DNA from: Magallana gigas
Lineage: Eukaryota
Direction: 5' to 3'
DNA: 64,000 bases
Assembly: GCF_963853765.1 (NCBI RefSeq)
Contig: NC_088857.1
Coordinates: forward strand, 13,144,001-13,208,000
Positions 1 to 11,423 of this stretch are shown in pieces; position 1 is the stretch's first letter, and each line of letters starts with the position of its first letter. The notes beneath the pieces are model-generated. The model saw only the letters and a list, made by a program, of their open reading frames with translations. It was not told the origin of the DNA and searched no databases. Position numbers and translations under genes: made by a program.

Positions 1-1078
1 ATGTGTGGGAGTAGAGAAGAAGATTTTTTAAGATTTAAAAAAGTTTTACTATATGGCCATATTGGCCCCACCCTAAAGCCTGAACACCTAACAAAGGGGT
101 CATGAATTTCACACTTTTGGTAGACGGCCTCATGGACATCATAGCAATGCATTTAGTTTTTGACAAATATATATGGTAGTAGAGAAGAAGATTTTCTAAG
201 TTATAATACATTTTTACTATTTGTCCATATTTGCCCCACCCTAGAGCCTGAACCCCCGACCCAGAGGTCATGAATTTCACAATTTTGGTAGAGGGCTTCA
301 TGGACATCATAATCATGCATTTAGTTATTAACAAATATATATAGTAGTAGAGAAGAAGATTTTCTAAGATTTAATACATTTTTACTATTTGTCCATATTG
401 GCCCCACCCTAGAGCCTGAACCCCTGACCCAGGGGTCATGAATTTCACAATTTTGGTAGAGGGCTTCATGGACATCATAATCATGCATTTAGTTATTAAC
501 AAATATATATGGTAGTAGAGAAGAAGATTTTCCAAGATTTAATACATTTTTACTATATGGCCATATTGGCCCCACCCTAGAGCCTGAACCCCTGACCCAG
601 GGGTCATGAATTTCACAATTTTGATAGAGGGCCTCATGGACATCATAATCATGCATTTAGTTTTTGACAAATATATATAGTAGTAGAGAAGAAGATTTTC
701 TAAGATTTAATACAGTTTTACTATATGGCCATATTGGCCCCACCCTAGAGCCAGAACCCCTGACCCAGGGGTCATAAATTTCACAATTTTGGTAGAGGGC
801 TTCATGGACAACATAACCATGCAACCAGTTTTTTCCTCACATGCGTGGGAGTAGAGAAGAAGATTTTTGAAAATTTGGCTTTTTTTGCATATTTGGCCCC
901 GCCCGTGGCACCCCAGGGGTGGTAGAGCCATGAATTTCACAATTTAGATTCTTCTTACCATAGAGATGCTTCACACCAAAAATGGTAACGATTGGCCTGG
1001 TAGTTTTCAAGAAGAAGTTAAAAATGTAAAATTGTTAACGCACGACGCACGACGCACAGAGACGGACGAAGACCAATT

Positions 1079-1111
<33 letters not shown>
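1..1111. mobile_element. Helentron/HINE (CvA/pearl-like) non-autonomous element with central 168-bp tandem array; left part outside window
   Basis: GTAGAGAAGAAGAT recurs at 11, 179, 347, 515, 683, 851 (period 168). It is followed by an ACGCACG/GACG microsatellite (~1038-1070) and a terminal hairpin TAGGTCACCTGAG-tga-CTCAGGTGACCTA (1083-1111), the known HINE architecture of oysters. Confidence 0.85.
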
Positions 1112-1112
<1 letters not shown>

Positions 1113-1622
1113 CAACTAATTAATACATCATATCAAATTCATAAAGATGGTTTTCCAAAGATGCAATTTAGGTCAATTGTAGTTAAACATGCTTAGATTC
1201 CTTCATTATTCAGCCAATCTCAACTTATTATACTGGGACTGCTGATGTACAATATAGATGGTACTGTTTTACTGAGGTTTATTCATTTTTTAAAGCCTCC
1301 TGAAATTTCTTACTGAGAAGTTGGGTTTTTTTTAAACCCTGTATCTTTCTGCATATCTCATTTGAAATCGGTTGCTCAAAAAGGAAAATTAATAGTCTTG
1401 TCCTACAACATGGTGGCCGATGGGAGGTAACTTTTGCCAAATTATGTCTATCGAAAACCGTCTATTAAAGAGATTCATAAATGAGGCAGATTTTTGATGT
1501 ACTATAATAAAACAAAATCCTAGCCTTGAAAAAAAAACTTCTCCTAATTTGACAAATACATTCGTAACACAAGATTAAGACACTAGCGGGAATTTTTTTT
1601 TTGAAACATCAGCAATACTTAC

Positions 1623-1735
1623 CAGTGTTTTGTGGCACAAATCTTGGCCCCTACTCTTCCCTCCATGGAGTATCTGTGACAAGGAAACAGTTTGAAGCCC
1701 GCTCTACGGTCATACATCCGCAGGTATCTACACAT
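1623..1735 (-). CDS. Suv4-20: Suv4-20 coding exon 3 (start of SET domain); gene continues left of window
   Basis: [38 protein letters not shown] resembles YLRMF...[25 protein letters not shown]; donor GTAAGT. Confidence 0.95.
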
Positions 1736-1965
1736 CTACAAAATTCAAGTCAAAAATGCAATAAAACTTTCAACAAAAAATAAATGAGTCTCAGGGAGTT
1801 AAGGTTCTTCATTGGATCTTAAATATTTTTACATAAGGTTAATAAAGCTGTGATTATTTTCCTGCACCACTGACAGCATTTTGATAGATGGCCACAGTTC
1901 TTATTGATTGTTTAAATAATAAATTCATAAAATACAAAAAAATTAAGCCTTGTAATTTGACATAC

Positions 1966-2134
1966 ATGCTCCTTCAATACAGCTTGCTGTGCTCTGCTCT
2001 TGTTCTGTATAAAAGCCTGAACAGGTTCAATGCGGAAAATTTCATCAAGCGCAGTGTCGTATACATTGTCTTTAACGAAATGAGCCATAAACTGTTTGAC
2101 CTCATCCTGGACTTTCTGCTTCACTGGACGGTGT
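1966..2134 (-). CDS. Suv4-20: Suv4-20 coding exon 2
   Basis: RHRPVKQKVQDEVKQF...QQAVLKEH; AG/GT bounded; phases 2 then 0 fit the neighbouring exons. Confidence 0.93.
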
Positions 2135-2497
2135 CTACAATGAAGAGAACAATAAACCACACTTGAATATTATAGAACCCTTCATTGTGACTATGACAGT
2201 TATTTGAGAATGTTTGGTGAAATATGATGTAACATTAATTGTCTAATTTACATCATTGATTATCTACAAACTGCAACTTTTCCAAATTATATGAATATGC
2301 CCTGCAAGAAAGCAGTACTGCAGTTACCGTAAAAAGGTATATTGCTTTACAGAAAATAAAATAAAAATGTATACACATATTTCACAGAAATAAATGTTGT
2401 AGTTTAACTTGAAAGATGCTTAATGAGGCTGCTTATTAAAGGAAAGGAAACAATAAAACTGTGAATGTATAGGTACATTTAATTAAAACAAGATTAC

Positions 2498-2628
2498 CTG
2501 ATATTCATTTTGTGAGTTGTAAACCCTAGGTAGGGATCAATTGTGACAGAGGATGCAAGGTCATCATTGTCGCACAATTCCCTGGAGGTCATCCCCGTCG
2601 TGGGTCGGCCTGCTCCCTCTATCACCAT
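2498..2628 (-). CDS. Suv4-20: Histone H4K20 methyltransferase Suv4-20 (KMT5B/C), first coding exon
   Basis: Translates [43 protein letters not shown], matching the conserved [26 protein letters not shown] motif. Acceptor TTTCAG 5 nt before the ATG; donor GTAATC, phase 2. Confidence 0.95.
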
Positions 2629-4944
2629 GGTGACTGAAATAGAATTTTACAACATTTGTAATTTTACTTATGTTTAATTGTCATTCAAAAGTCAGTGCAT
2701 TGCTATCTATCTCTGATTCCATAGTGCATCCTAAAACTCAATTCACTATTTAAACATTGTTGTACTGCATTGACTGTGAGAGGAATGATTCAAAGATAAA
2801 TGTTTTGCACATTCTTTGAAATTATTTCAGCATTTAGTTTTATTTTATTTGTGTGTCTATTCATCACTCATTAGTTGTGATTTTGACGAGACATAACATT
2901 TCACTTGTTTTTCATGACTCTAAACATAAATGTTTAATTAAAATTAATTGTTGTTTTCTTTTTTAGATTGTCAAAACTTGTTAAGTTGAAAAGGTTTTTT
3001 TTTTCATATATTTATAAACTGATAGGGTCAAAAATTTTTTATAGTTTTGAAACAATTATTTTTAAAAAATTGCTTTTTTTAAAAACACATATTTTTGTGC
3101 TGTACATTTTTCTAATCCTTTGTTTGCCAATATAAGTACTATACATTGAAAGTACGCTACAATAAAGGTTATAGAAGTACACGGAGGGTAAATAGTAAGA
3201 AACGCTACAGCCAATCGCAGCTCAGAATTTTCACTTTTGAATCGAGGGGTAGAGAGAAACGAGTTCGTCCATTAACTAAGAAGAAAACATTGAATATCAA
3301 TATTTATGCACTGAAATGAAACACTGTACTAACAGACACAGTTATTCAGTCTACATGTAACATTTTTTCTTTCATGACAATAAACCTAACAAATGACAGA
3401 TAATAGTATTCGTGATAATTAGGTCAAACAATCCAACAGACAGCTTCTTTTGTTAGCCAGAAATATTCACATAACCTTGGCTCAACGTACAAAATGCGCA
3501 TACAACAGAATGATTGGTACCTAAAGAACGTATCAACACATAGACATAAAATATCTACCATGAAAATCGAAAGAATTTCCGTTTTTCTCGAGTACCTGTG
3601 CCGATTTTTCTGTGTATTGATGGTTGTCCTCTCTCTGATTTTCGACTTCCGCAAAATAGTGCAATACATCAACCTGGCCTGATAACTAAACACTTGTATA
3701 TCTGTAATGATTTAAAAGAAATCTGTAGCAATAATTTGTATATATTTTTATTTAGTGATAAAATACACAAATATACAGAGACAAAACTTTGAAGAGGTCC
3801 GTATGGTTATCGCGGATGAATATACAAATTTTACTCTTTTGTTTTGAAGATATGTTCCTCGAGAAGTTAGGCGAGGGAAATTTGAAAAGGCTTCCAACTC
3901 AACGGGGAAAATGGAGAGAGAGGAAAAATCAATTTACCTTTTCTGATTATTACAATATCTTTGTTTATGTTCTAATTTTAAGCAAACTGAATAGTTATCA
4001 AAAATCTATGCAAGTCTTGAACTGTCTCACTGCTTGTGAAAAAAAATCACACTTTCATGTCTTTTTTTAATTTTTTTTTTGGGGGGGGGGGGGTGATGGT
4101 CGATTATCAATTGAATTGCTTCCACTAATTATATCGATCAGTGTGGTGTTAATCACACAGTTTATAGGCCCTATATTTTATTAGAAAATATTGATTTTTG
4201 ATAATAAATACTTATATATTACGTAAATTATCAGCAGCAAATGACAGAGGCAAATATCATGAAGAATTACATTATAATATTCACAGATGATAATAATCAT
4301 TAAAGAGCTTCAGGAACCAGAAATGATAAATAAATACAAGATAACTGCAAAAAGTGAAAATACTTTGAACAGTAGTAACTGTTAAATAAACACAAATAAA
4401 ACAAGCAAAAACAAACATAAAATTAACATAAATAAATAAAACAGAAAACAATGACAACATCGAATCAGATGTTGAATTTGGTCTGCCCTCTTTGTATCGT
4501 TGTATAAAATTGATCATGAAAAAAATATTTTAAAATTATTTCTTCCTGAATTACTGAATACAAGAAGTCAAATTCTAATGGAGGATAATAAAATGAAATA
4601 GATCGCGGTATATAGATATATAGATATAGATAGATAGATATTTCAATGGTTAATATTCGATTTAAAAAAACATGAGTAGAGTACTTTCTGTTTCTAGATT
4701 GGTGGTGTGCGCGGATCTAAAATTGTTTCTCTAGAGTAACTTTGTTTGCCGTGAAGGAGGCCGGGTCCAAGGCTTATTTTCGGTAACCTTACTATTTGAA
4801 ATTTATAATAAGTTTGACGGAATTTTTCAGGGAGCTCTAAGCCCTCCTAATACCCACTCTAATATCGCGCATGCATGTGCACGCAGACTCGATTACAACA
4901 GCAAATCTAGATGTAATATGCGAGCGTACAAGAATACAAACATA

Positions 4945-5000
4945 TGGCGCGCTTCTATACCAATGACGTAACGTCAGATCGTAAAAATGACGTGAAACGT
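4945..5000. promoter_or_regulatory. Candidate divergent promoter with CRE/ATF-like and YY1-like motifs
   Basis: TGACGTAACGTCA near-palindrome at 4964-4976, a second TGACGT just downstream and ATGGCG just upstream. CpG-richer than flanks; lies between two divergent genes. Confidence 0.35.
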
Positions 5001-5468
5001 GTCTTTTGATTTTGAATATCGGACTTGACGGAAGAATCTTATCATGGAGAGGTAGGAGTGACGGTTAAAACTAAGTCTATCAGCTAGTATTATTAACATT
5101 TAGTATATTTAACATTAAGCCACTAAATTTATCAGTGCTAACGTGTAACGTTTCTAAAGCGCCGCACAGAAGCGTGGATTTCCGAAATTTTTTAACATAA
5201 AAGATAGGATATTGCTAAAATATTTCTTTTTGCAGTTTTTACATGATTTTGTTATCAGTCCCAGTAACCTTGTAATTTTATCATATTTCTTCAAATTAAA
5301 AAAATATAAACCCTTCTCAAATCAGTTGCGGAGTAAATGTTGAAATGACGTTGCCAAGAGCGATGAGGGGGTAATGCGTTGTGTTATGGTGATACCTCAT
5401 AGTTACGGCGCCATTCGGTAGCGAACGGACGTGCAAAGATTCAGAGCGAAAAAAATTGAAATTTCACA

Positions 5469-5519
5469 ATGAAACGGCGACATTCTTTTGACGAATTTTG
5501 TGCTGAGGAAAGCATAAGG
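5469..5519 (+). CDS. Uncharacterised protein, putative first coding exon
   Basis: ATG...AGG|GTATAA gives MKRRHSFDEFCAEESIR, phase 0, in frame with the next exon. Confidence 0.55.
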
Positions 5520-5834
5520 GTATAATACACCGAAATATAATTTTTTAATAATTATTTTACCAGAGTTTTAAATGTACTAAGGAAAATTTATTATATACCA
5601 TATATCGCACAAGGTGACACAAGATGGTAGAAATGTATTTCGCATTTTCGGTCAAACCAACTTAAAAGAATAACATTAAAACGCAGGGAAAAATACGTTT
5701 TATAACACATTTATAATTTTTTTTGTGAATTACTTCTTAAAATAAACAATTTGTTAATTTGTAAGAATAAATGATCCCACTTCTACATACCGGTATACCT
5801 ACTATTCTACATTTTTGTTGTTGAAATACTGTAG

Positions 5835-6425
5835 GTCAAAAGAAGGAAAACAAGACGGGGAAAGAAAGGTGGGAGGAGACATTGTCCTCGTGTGTCTCCC
5901 GCTCCCTCACCCGACTTTCAGACCGGCCAGGCTGTGTGTGATGCAACAAACCTCTCTCAGTGCAACATGGACACTGTTGAAAAAGATCGTGTTGCAAGAG
6001 ACCATGCAATCTATCAACCCATAAACATTGTCAATGAGAGTGAGAAATGGAATTTTGCACAAGATGTGTCGCATGTGGCAGGCGATACAATTGCCGCACA
6101 AAAATCGCAACAAGACTTTCAGATTGACATCGGTACAGTCAGAGAAAGTGACGATAGTGTAGTCACGCTGTCACAGGAGGATCTTCTCGGGGTGTTGCAA
6201 GGACTAAATAGCACATACAACATGGCAGAAACTGCCCCCGAGGATCAACCTTTTCAAGTGGTTATGGACGGTTCCTCCATGTACCTCGTTGGCCCGCAAA
6301 ACCAACTGTACCTCTCGGTGGGCCCTCAAACTGGAGATGCCATCACGCCAGACTCACAACTGTTGTGCACCATAGAACCGACCATTGATCAAGTCTGCCA
6401 GTCCCCCGACAACCTTGGCTACTCC
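5835..6425 (+). CDS. Uncharacterised protein, large exon (basic cluster then acidic low-complexity region)
   Basis: 591-nt open frame between CTGTAG and GTAAGT, phase 0/0; VKRRKTRRGKKGGRR...DNLGYS. Confidence 0.85.

Positions 6426-6430
<5 letters not shown>

Positions 6431-6482
<52 letters not shown>
6431..6482 (+). repeat. (TC)n microsatellite abutting a splice donor
   Basis: Directly visible; begins at intron position +6. Confidence 0.98.
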
Positions 6483-6485
<3 letters not shown>

Positions 6486-6834
6486 ACTCGTGTACTTCAC
6501 TGTCCTCTTCTCTTTCTCAGCACCAGTACACAACTCAGTCTTTTTCTGACAAAATAAAGGAAAGGCTAGAGAACTGGGTAAGATGTCGTATATAATATAT
6601 GCAAATAGAAAAAGTAAAACAAATGTACGAAAAAATGCGTTTCGAATATTGACAATAGAAGTCATTTACTAAATCGTGGCTTCTGTGTACTCATATAGCT
6701 CTCCTTTTAAATTCTCACGATGAAAACACAGAGCTTTTCCTAAAACTAGCAAAAATCCGTATATCAAAATTAAGCCTGCACATGTACCTATATTTAATGA
6801 TTTTTAATTATCATTCCGATTCTTTTTTTTTCAG

Positions 6835-6897
6835 TATTATGCGACAATGGATATTGACCGAAAGGAAGCTCATTTGCTAAAATATCCGTCTCACCTG
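6835..6897 (+). CDS. Uncharacterised protein, exon 3
   Basis: Polypyrimidine TTTCAG acceptor and GTAAGT donor; YYATMDIDRKEAHLLKYPSHL, phase 0/0. Confidence 0.75.
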
Positions 6898-7054
6898 GTA
6901 AGTCTGTTTTCATTCAGCAGGTCCACCTTTAAACTTTGTTTTTAAAATGTAGTCATGGTGGATACAACATTTCAACAATTATTGCATCGTTTAATATGTC
7001 AATGTCCTTAGCCCCTTCATATAACATGTGTATATTCAAAGTGTTTGTTATCAG

Positions 7055-7251
7055 TACTGTAGATTCATTAGAATTCGCGATGACTTTATTTTCGTGGATT
7101 TCGTAGGCCTTTCAGTCCATCATTTTATATCTTTAACGAATTATAAACCATAAAATGATACAAAAAAGTCCAAAATCCACTAAATTATGTCTCATTAACA
7201 TGAAGAAATAAATGACGAATATTCCCCAACGAAATCTAGGGATTCACAGTA
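7055..7251. mobile_element. TA-flanked MITE (TACTGT...ACAGTA ends), degenerate
   Basis: TACTGTAGATTC at the left end versus GATTCACAGTA at the right end. Confidence 0.55.
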
Positions 7252-7296
7252 AGCGACATTTCACTGGAAAGTTGTATCTTCAATATATCTTTACAG

Positions 7297-7389
7297 CTTG
7301 AATGGTCAGAGCGTGTCAAGTTCAGCCATACACGAAAATGGAAGCAGTTAGAATACCACGCACCCGACTACAGCAAATTCTGTTCATGA
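7297..7389 (+). CDS. Uncharacterised protein, last coding exon
   Basis: TTTACAG acceptor; LEWSERVKFSHTRKWKQLEYHAPDYSKFCS then TGA. Confidence 0.7.
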   Translation, partial: LEWSERVKFSHTRKWKQLEYHAPDYSKFCS

Positions 7390-8060
7390 AGAGCCACCTT
7401 GCAGACAACGCTTTCTCTGTTTTTGTTGACTGTTTTACCACTCTTCTATGTGGCAATGTTCATATCTTGCAGAACGTTGGAAGATTTTTTAACAAACTTT
7501 TTGAAACTGAAACTCTCGCCATCCATAATTGTGTTCGCCTGATTTTTGCATGGCGTCTAAACGTGGCGCTGGACGTCTTTAGTACAAGTACTAGTGCTAG
7601 CATCATGGACTTATTCGCTCATTGCCATGCAGTGGACTGTTTGATATACGTGTACTATTTTTAAGCGCATGCATGAATCATTTGTACATATTTTGATTTT
7701 CTTAGTTAAGTTTATTTAATTAAGGAGTGTCTTCGCACAGACCTTCTGGCTTCATAATTATTTTTTTGATTTGATAGTGTATTCGGAAATGATTAGCGCA
7801 ATTTTCAAAATGTTGTTTTTCCTTGACCTCACACAACACTGTCATAACTTACACTTTTCCTGATATTATGAAACGCACATCAGAAACATCCGTAGATATG
7901 TAGATACATGTATACTCATCCTGATTTTTTTAGATAGATAACAATTCAAAATTTATCACTGAATTTGATAACCCCGTATATATACTATATAATTTATAAC
8001 TACATGTAGATCCGGTGCAGCCAGAAGCGTGATGCACTCAGCATGACAGTATGATATATA

Positions 8061-8177
8061 CATGCGCGGATTCAGAAAATTTTTCCGGGGGGGGGGGGGT
8101 GGTACAAGGGGTAATTTTGTTAGACCTGTTTTCGTGATTTTACAATGTGATTATAACATATTTGAATTCCGCGCATG
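8061..8177. mobile_element. MITE with CATGCGCGGA termini
   Basis: CATGCGCGGA...TCCGCGCATG; flanks ATATA/CTATA; same family as 12663-12837. Confidence 0.7.
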
Positions 8178-8419
8178 CTATATTGATACAGTTGATCTGA
8201 ACTCATGTATGAATATGGATGATTGATTGTGATATAAATGCAATGAATGAATTAAAAGATGTTTTATACAAAAACTAAGATCCCTCATTTTTGCGTATAT
8301 TAATTTTGCGCTCATTCCAAGAATCCCTCCTCTAATTGATCCCACCGATCATAAGGTATTAAGGAGGGAAATCTTCTGGACAGCAGGTCTGTCAAGAGTG
8401 ATGGTTGCAAGTATAATCT

Positions 8420-9503
8420 GATTCTGGGGTTAATGGACATCAGACTGCCATGGAAACCAAGGGGTAGTTTGTGTTTGCCAACATATCTTGGAAGTCACTG
8501 CCTTATATAAAACTGACAGACATGAAGAGTCTGCATAAAATGGGGGGGGGGGTGTCTCATCAGCATGGCCCACCCTGTACGCTCTGGTTGACACTCCTTT
8601 GGCGATGATGTTGTTGTGAAGCTGCATGACGGTCAGAGTCTACAGGGAGAAAGCTGTTGGGTCCTCTGAAGAATGAATCCCTTTGGCCTTGACAAACTTT
8701 CTCTTGAATTTCCTCAAGAAGTTAGTTATTTCATCGTCAAAGTATATTACCAATACTGAACTCATCTGCTTGAAACATGGGGTTAATTTATTCAGAATTC
8801 TGGGGAATGAAGCTGATGGTATTAAAATAAACAATTCCGTACAGGTGTATACCCGGGTTGCTGCGATAAGGGGCACAGAAGCTTCACCCGTCCAGGCATC
8901 TCTACCTCCGAGTTGAAATAACTCTGGAAGGCTGGCCAGTGGTGCATTTTAAACGATCAGCACACTTCTCCAAGTTAGCCATCTAACTAGTGCTGCCGTG
9001 TTTCTGGATCTTGATTGGCTCAGTGCCGGTGAATTCCAGGAACTCAGTGTAATATTCTATCCAGCATGGCCGAACTGTGATGGTAACGGAGACGAGGTTG
9101 GACCATGGAGTGTTGTTGTCGATAAACACCTGCACAAAACAAATGGTCGGAGACGTTTGGTACAGTGCCGTCCGATGTTGAAGGCGGGCATGACACGGAA
9201 GTTGGTTCGTGACCGATCGGTGAAATATCGCACAAAGATGGTCTAGGACTTGTCACAATCCCTACCGTTGCTCTCGTCAATGGCTATGGAGAAGGGACTG
9301 GACTTCAATTTTCCCGCGAATTCTTGATTCAGGGATGGATCAATGATAGTTTGTCTTGATGCGACTACTTGCAGACTTAGAAGGGATCTTGCTTTTTGGA
9401 AACATAGCGTTGCAGAGTACGGTGACACAATATGCGACCAGGCAGAGAATGTTGAATTGTAATCTGTCACGAAGTTAGAAAAAAACTTTTGCACGCATTC
9501 ATT
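8420..9503 (-). pseudogene. Decayed hAT (ZNF862-like) transposase fragment
   Basis: Frames give FSIAIDESN (first catalytic Asp motif), TIFVRYF, MPAFNIG, NTPWSNL and KIQKHGSTSW, broken by stops and frameshifts. Splice acceptor ATTTCAG at ~9503. Confidence 0.8.
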
Positions 9504-10341
9504 CTGAAATTAAAATGAATTATTCTTAAACTATTGTAAATCTTGTATTATTTAATATTTCTTTGTAGGTAACGGATAAATATAATTGATATTCAAGAAC
9601 TATTTAAATATTCAATCATACAATTGCTGAAAATTATATAAAGATAAGTGTAATATGGAATCAGTCTATGTGCTATGTTTAATGTGGTGAAATGTGACAT
9701 TTCAGCCCGCGGGAAAACAAAATATATTATTATAATTTAATGTTAAAAACAGTGAAATCTGATTGGTTTAGACGCAGTTGATAATATACTATACAATTAT
9801 TTAATGCTCGAGCAGTCAATAGACCAGAATATTTTTCCCTTGGTGCAGGGAACAGCTCAGTATGATCTATTGCCCGAGGCCAACGGCCGAGGGCAATAGA
9901 TCATACTGAGCTGTTCCCTGCACCAAGGGAAAAATTATGGTCTATTGACTGCTCAAGCATTAAATAATTGTTTTATTACCTAATTCTTTTTTTAGTTTTC
10001 GGGGTTTACAATTTGCATATTGCAGATGGTTTTCGTGCCATTATGAAATATACTCATATTTTTTTTTCATCTTTTACAATCATAAAACCTGTTGCATGCA
10101 TTACAATATCTCAATTTAATATTAGTTTACACAAAGAAGGGGGAGTCTTCAACCCATTAGATTTTAAATAGTCTTTTACGTTATATAAGGCTTTAAAACT
10201 GTTGATTATTTGATACTCCATTTTGATAACATTGAAGTTGGCTTCACCAAGTTCTAAAAACAGCGTCTATGAAAAGGAACATTCCCTGAGAACTATCGAA
10301 GGATGTAACATTAACATACCCGCTTTCTGAAATACGTTGTC

Positions 10342-10461
10342 GGTCCAATAGATTGCAGTCTATTGACCGGCGGTCCAACAGATCGCAGTCTATTGACCGG
10401 CGGTCCAATAGATCGCAGTCTATTGACCGGCGGTCTAATATATTGCAGTCTATTGACCGGC
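10342..10461. repeat. Four copies of 30-bp hairpin repeat GGTCCAATAGATCGCAGTCTATTGACCGGC
   Basis: Directly counted. Confidence 0.95.
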
Positions 10462-11085
10462 AGTTCAAAATAGACGCAAATATTTAATTTGTAATAAAAC
10501 AACAAAACCCCTTTGATTAGGTAATAATATACAATTATTTAATGCTTGAGCAGTCAATAGACCAGAATATTTTTCCCGAGGTGCAGGGAACAGCTCTGTA
10601 TGATCTATTGCCCGAGGCCAACGGCCGAGGGCAATAGATCATACTGAGCTGTTCCCTGTACCAAGGGAAAAAATTCTGGTCTATTGACTGTTCAAGCATT
10701 AAATAATTGTTTTATTACCTAATTCCTTTTTTAGTTTTCGGGGTTTACAATTTGCATATTGCAGATGGTTTTCGTGCCATTATGTAATATACTAAGATTT
10801 TTTTTTCATCTTTTACATGCACAAAACCTGTTGCATGCATTACAACATCTCAATTTAATATTAGTTTACACAAAGAAGGGGGAGTCTTCAACCCATTAGA
10901 TTTTAAATAGTCTTTTACCTTATATGAGGCTTTAAAACTGTTGATTATTTGATACTCTATTTTGATAATATTGAATTTGGTTTCACCAAGTACTAAAAAC
11001 AGCGTCTATGTAAAGGAATATTCATTCCCTGAGAACTATCGAAAGAATGTAACATTAACATAACCGCGTTCTGAAATACGTTGCC

Positions 11086-11175
11086 GGTCCAATAGATCGC
11101 AGTCTATTGACCGGCGGTCCAATAGATCGCAGTCTATTGACCGGCGGTCTAATAGATCGCAGTCTATTGACCGGC
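11086..11175. repeat. Three copies of the same 30-bp hairpin repeat
   Basis: Directly counted. Confidence 0.95.
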
Positions 11176-11273
11176 AGTTCAAAATAGACGCAAATATTTA
11201 ATTTGTAATAAAACAACAAAATCCCTTTGATTAGGTAATAATATAACATACACGTGTTCTGATATACGTTGCC

Positions 11274-11423
11274 GGTCCAATAGATCACAGTCTACTGACC
11301 GGTAGTCCAATAGATCGCAGTCTATTGACCGGCGGTCCAATAGATTGCAGTCTATTGACCGGCGGTCCAATACATCGCAGTATATTGACCTGCGGCCTAA
11401 TAGATCGCAGTCTATTGACCGGC
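11274..11423. repeat. Five copies of the same 30-bp hairpin repeat
   Basis: Directly counted. Confidence 0.95.

Noticed and set aside
35-940. ORFs 35-334 and 707-940
   Set aside because: They are translations of the 168-bp satellite monomers.
3424-4070. Short ORFs and splice-like sites upstream of Suv4-20
   Set aside because: No recognisable protein; possibly 5' UTR exons, but boundaries cannot be supported.
5043-5050. ATGGAGAG|GTAGGA as first exon of the orphan gene
   Set aside because: Phase 2 puts the 5835 exon in a frame that stops at 6024; it may be a UTR exon.
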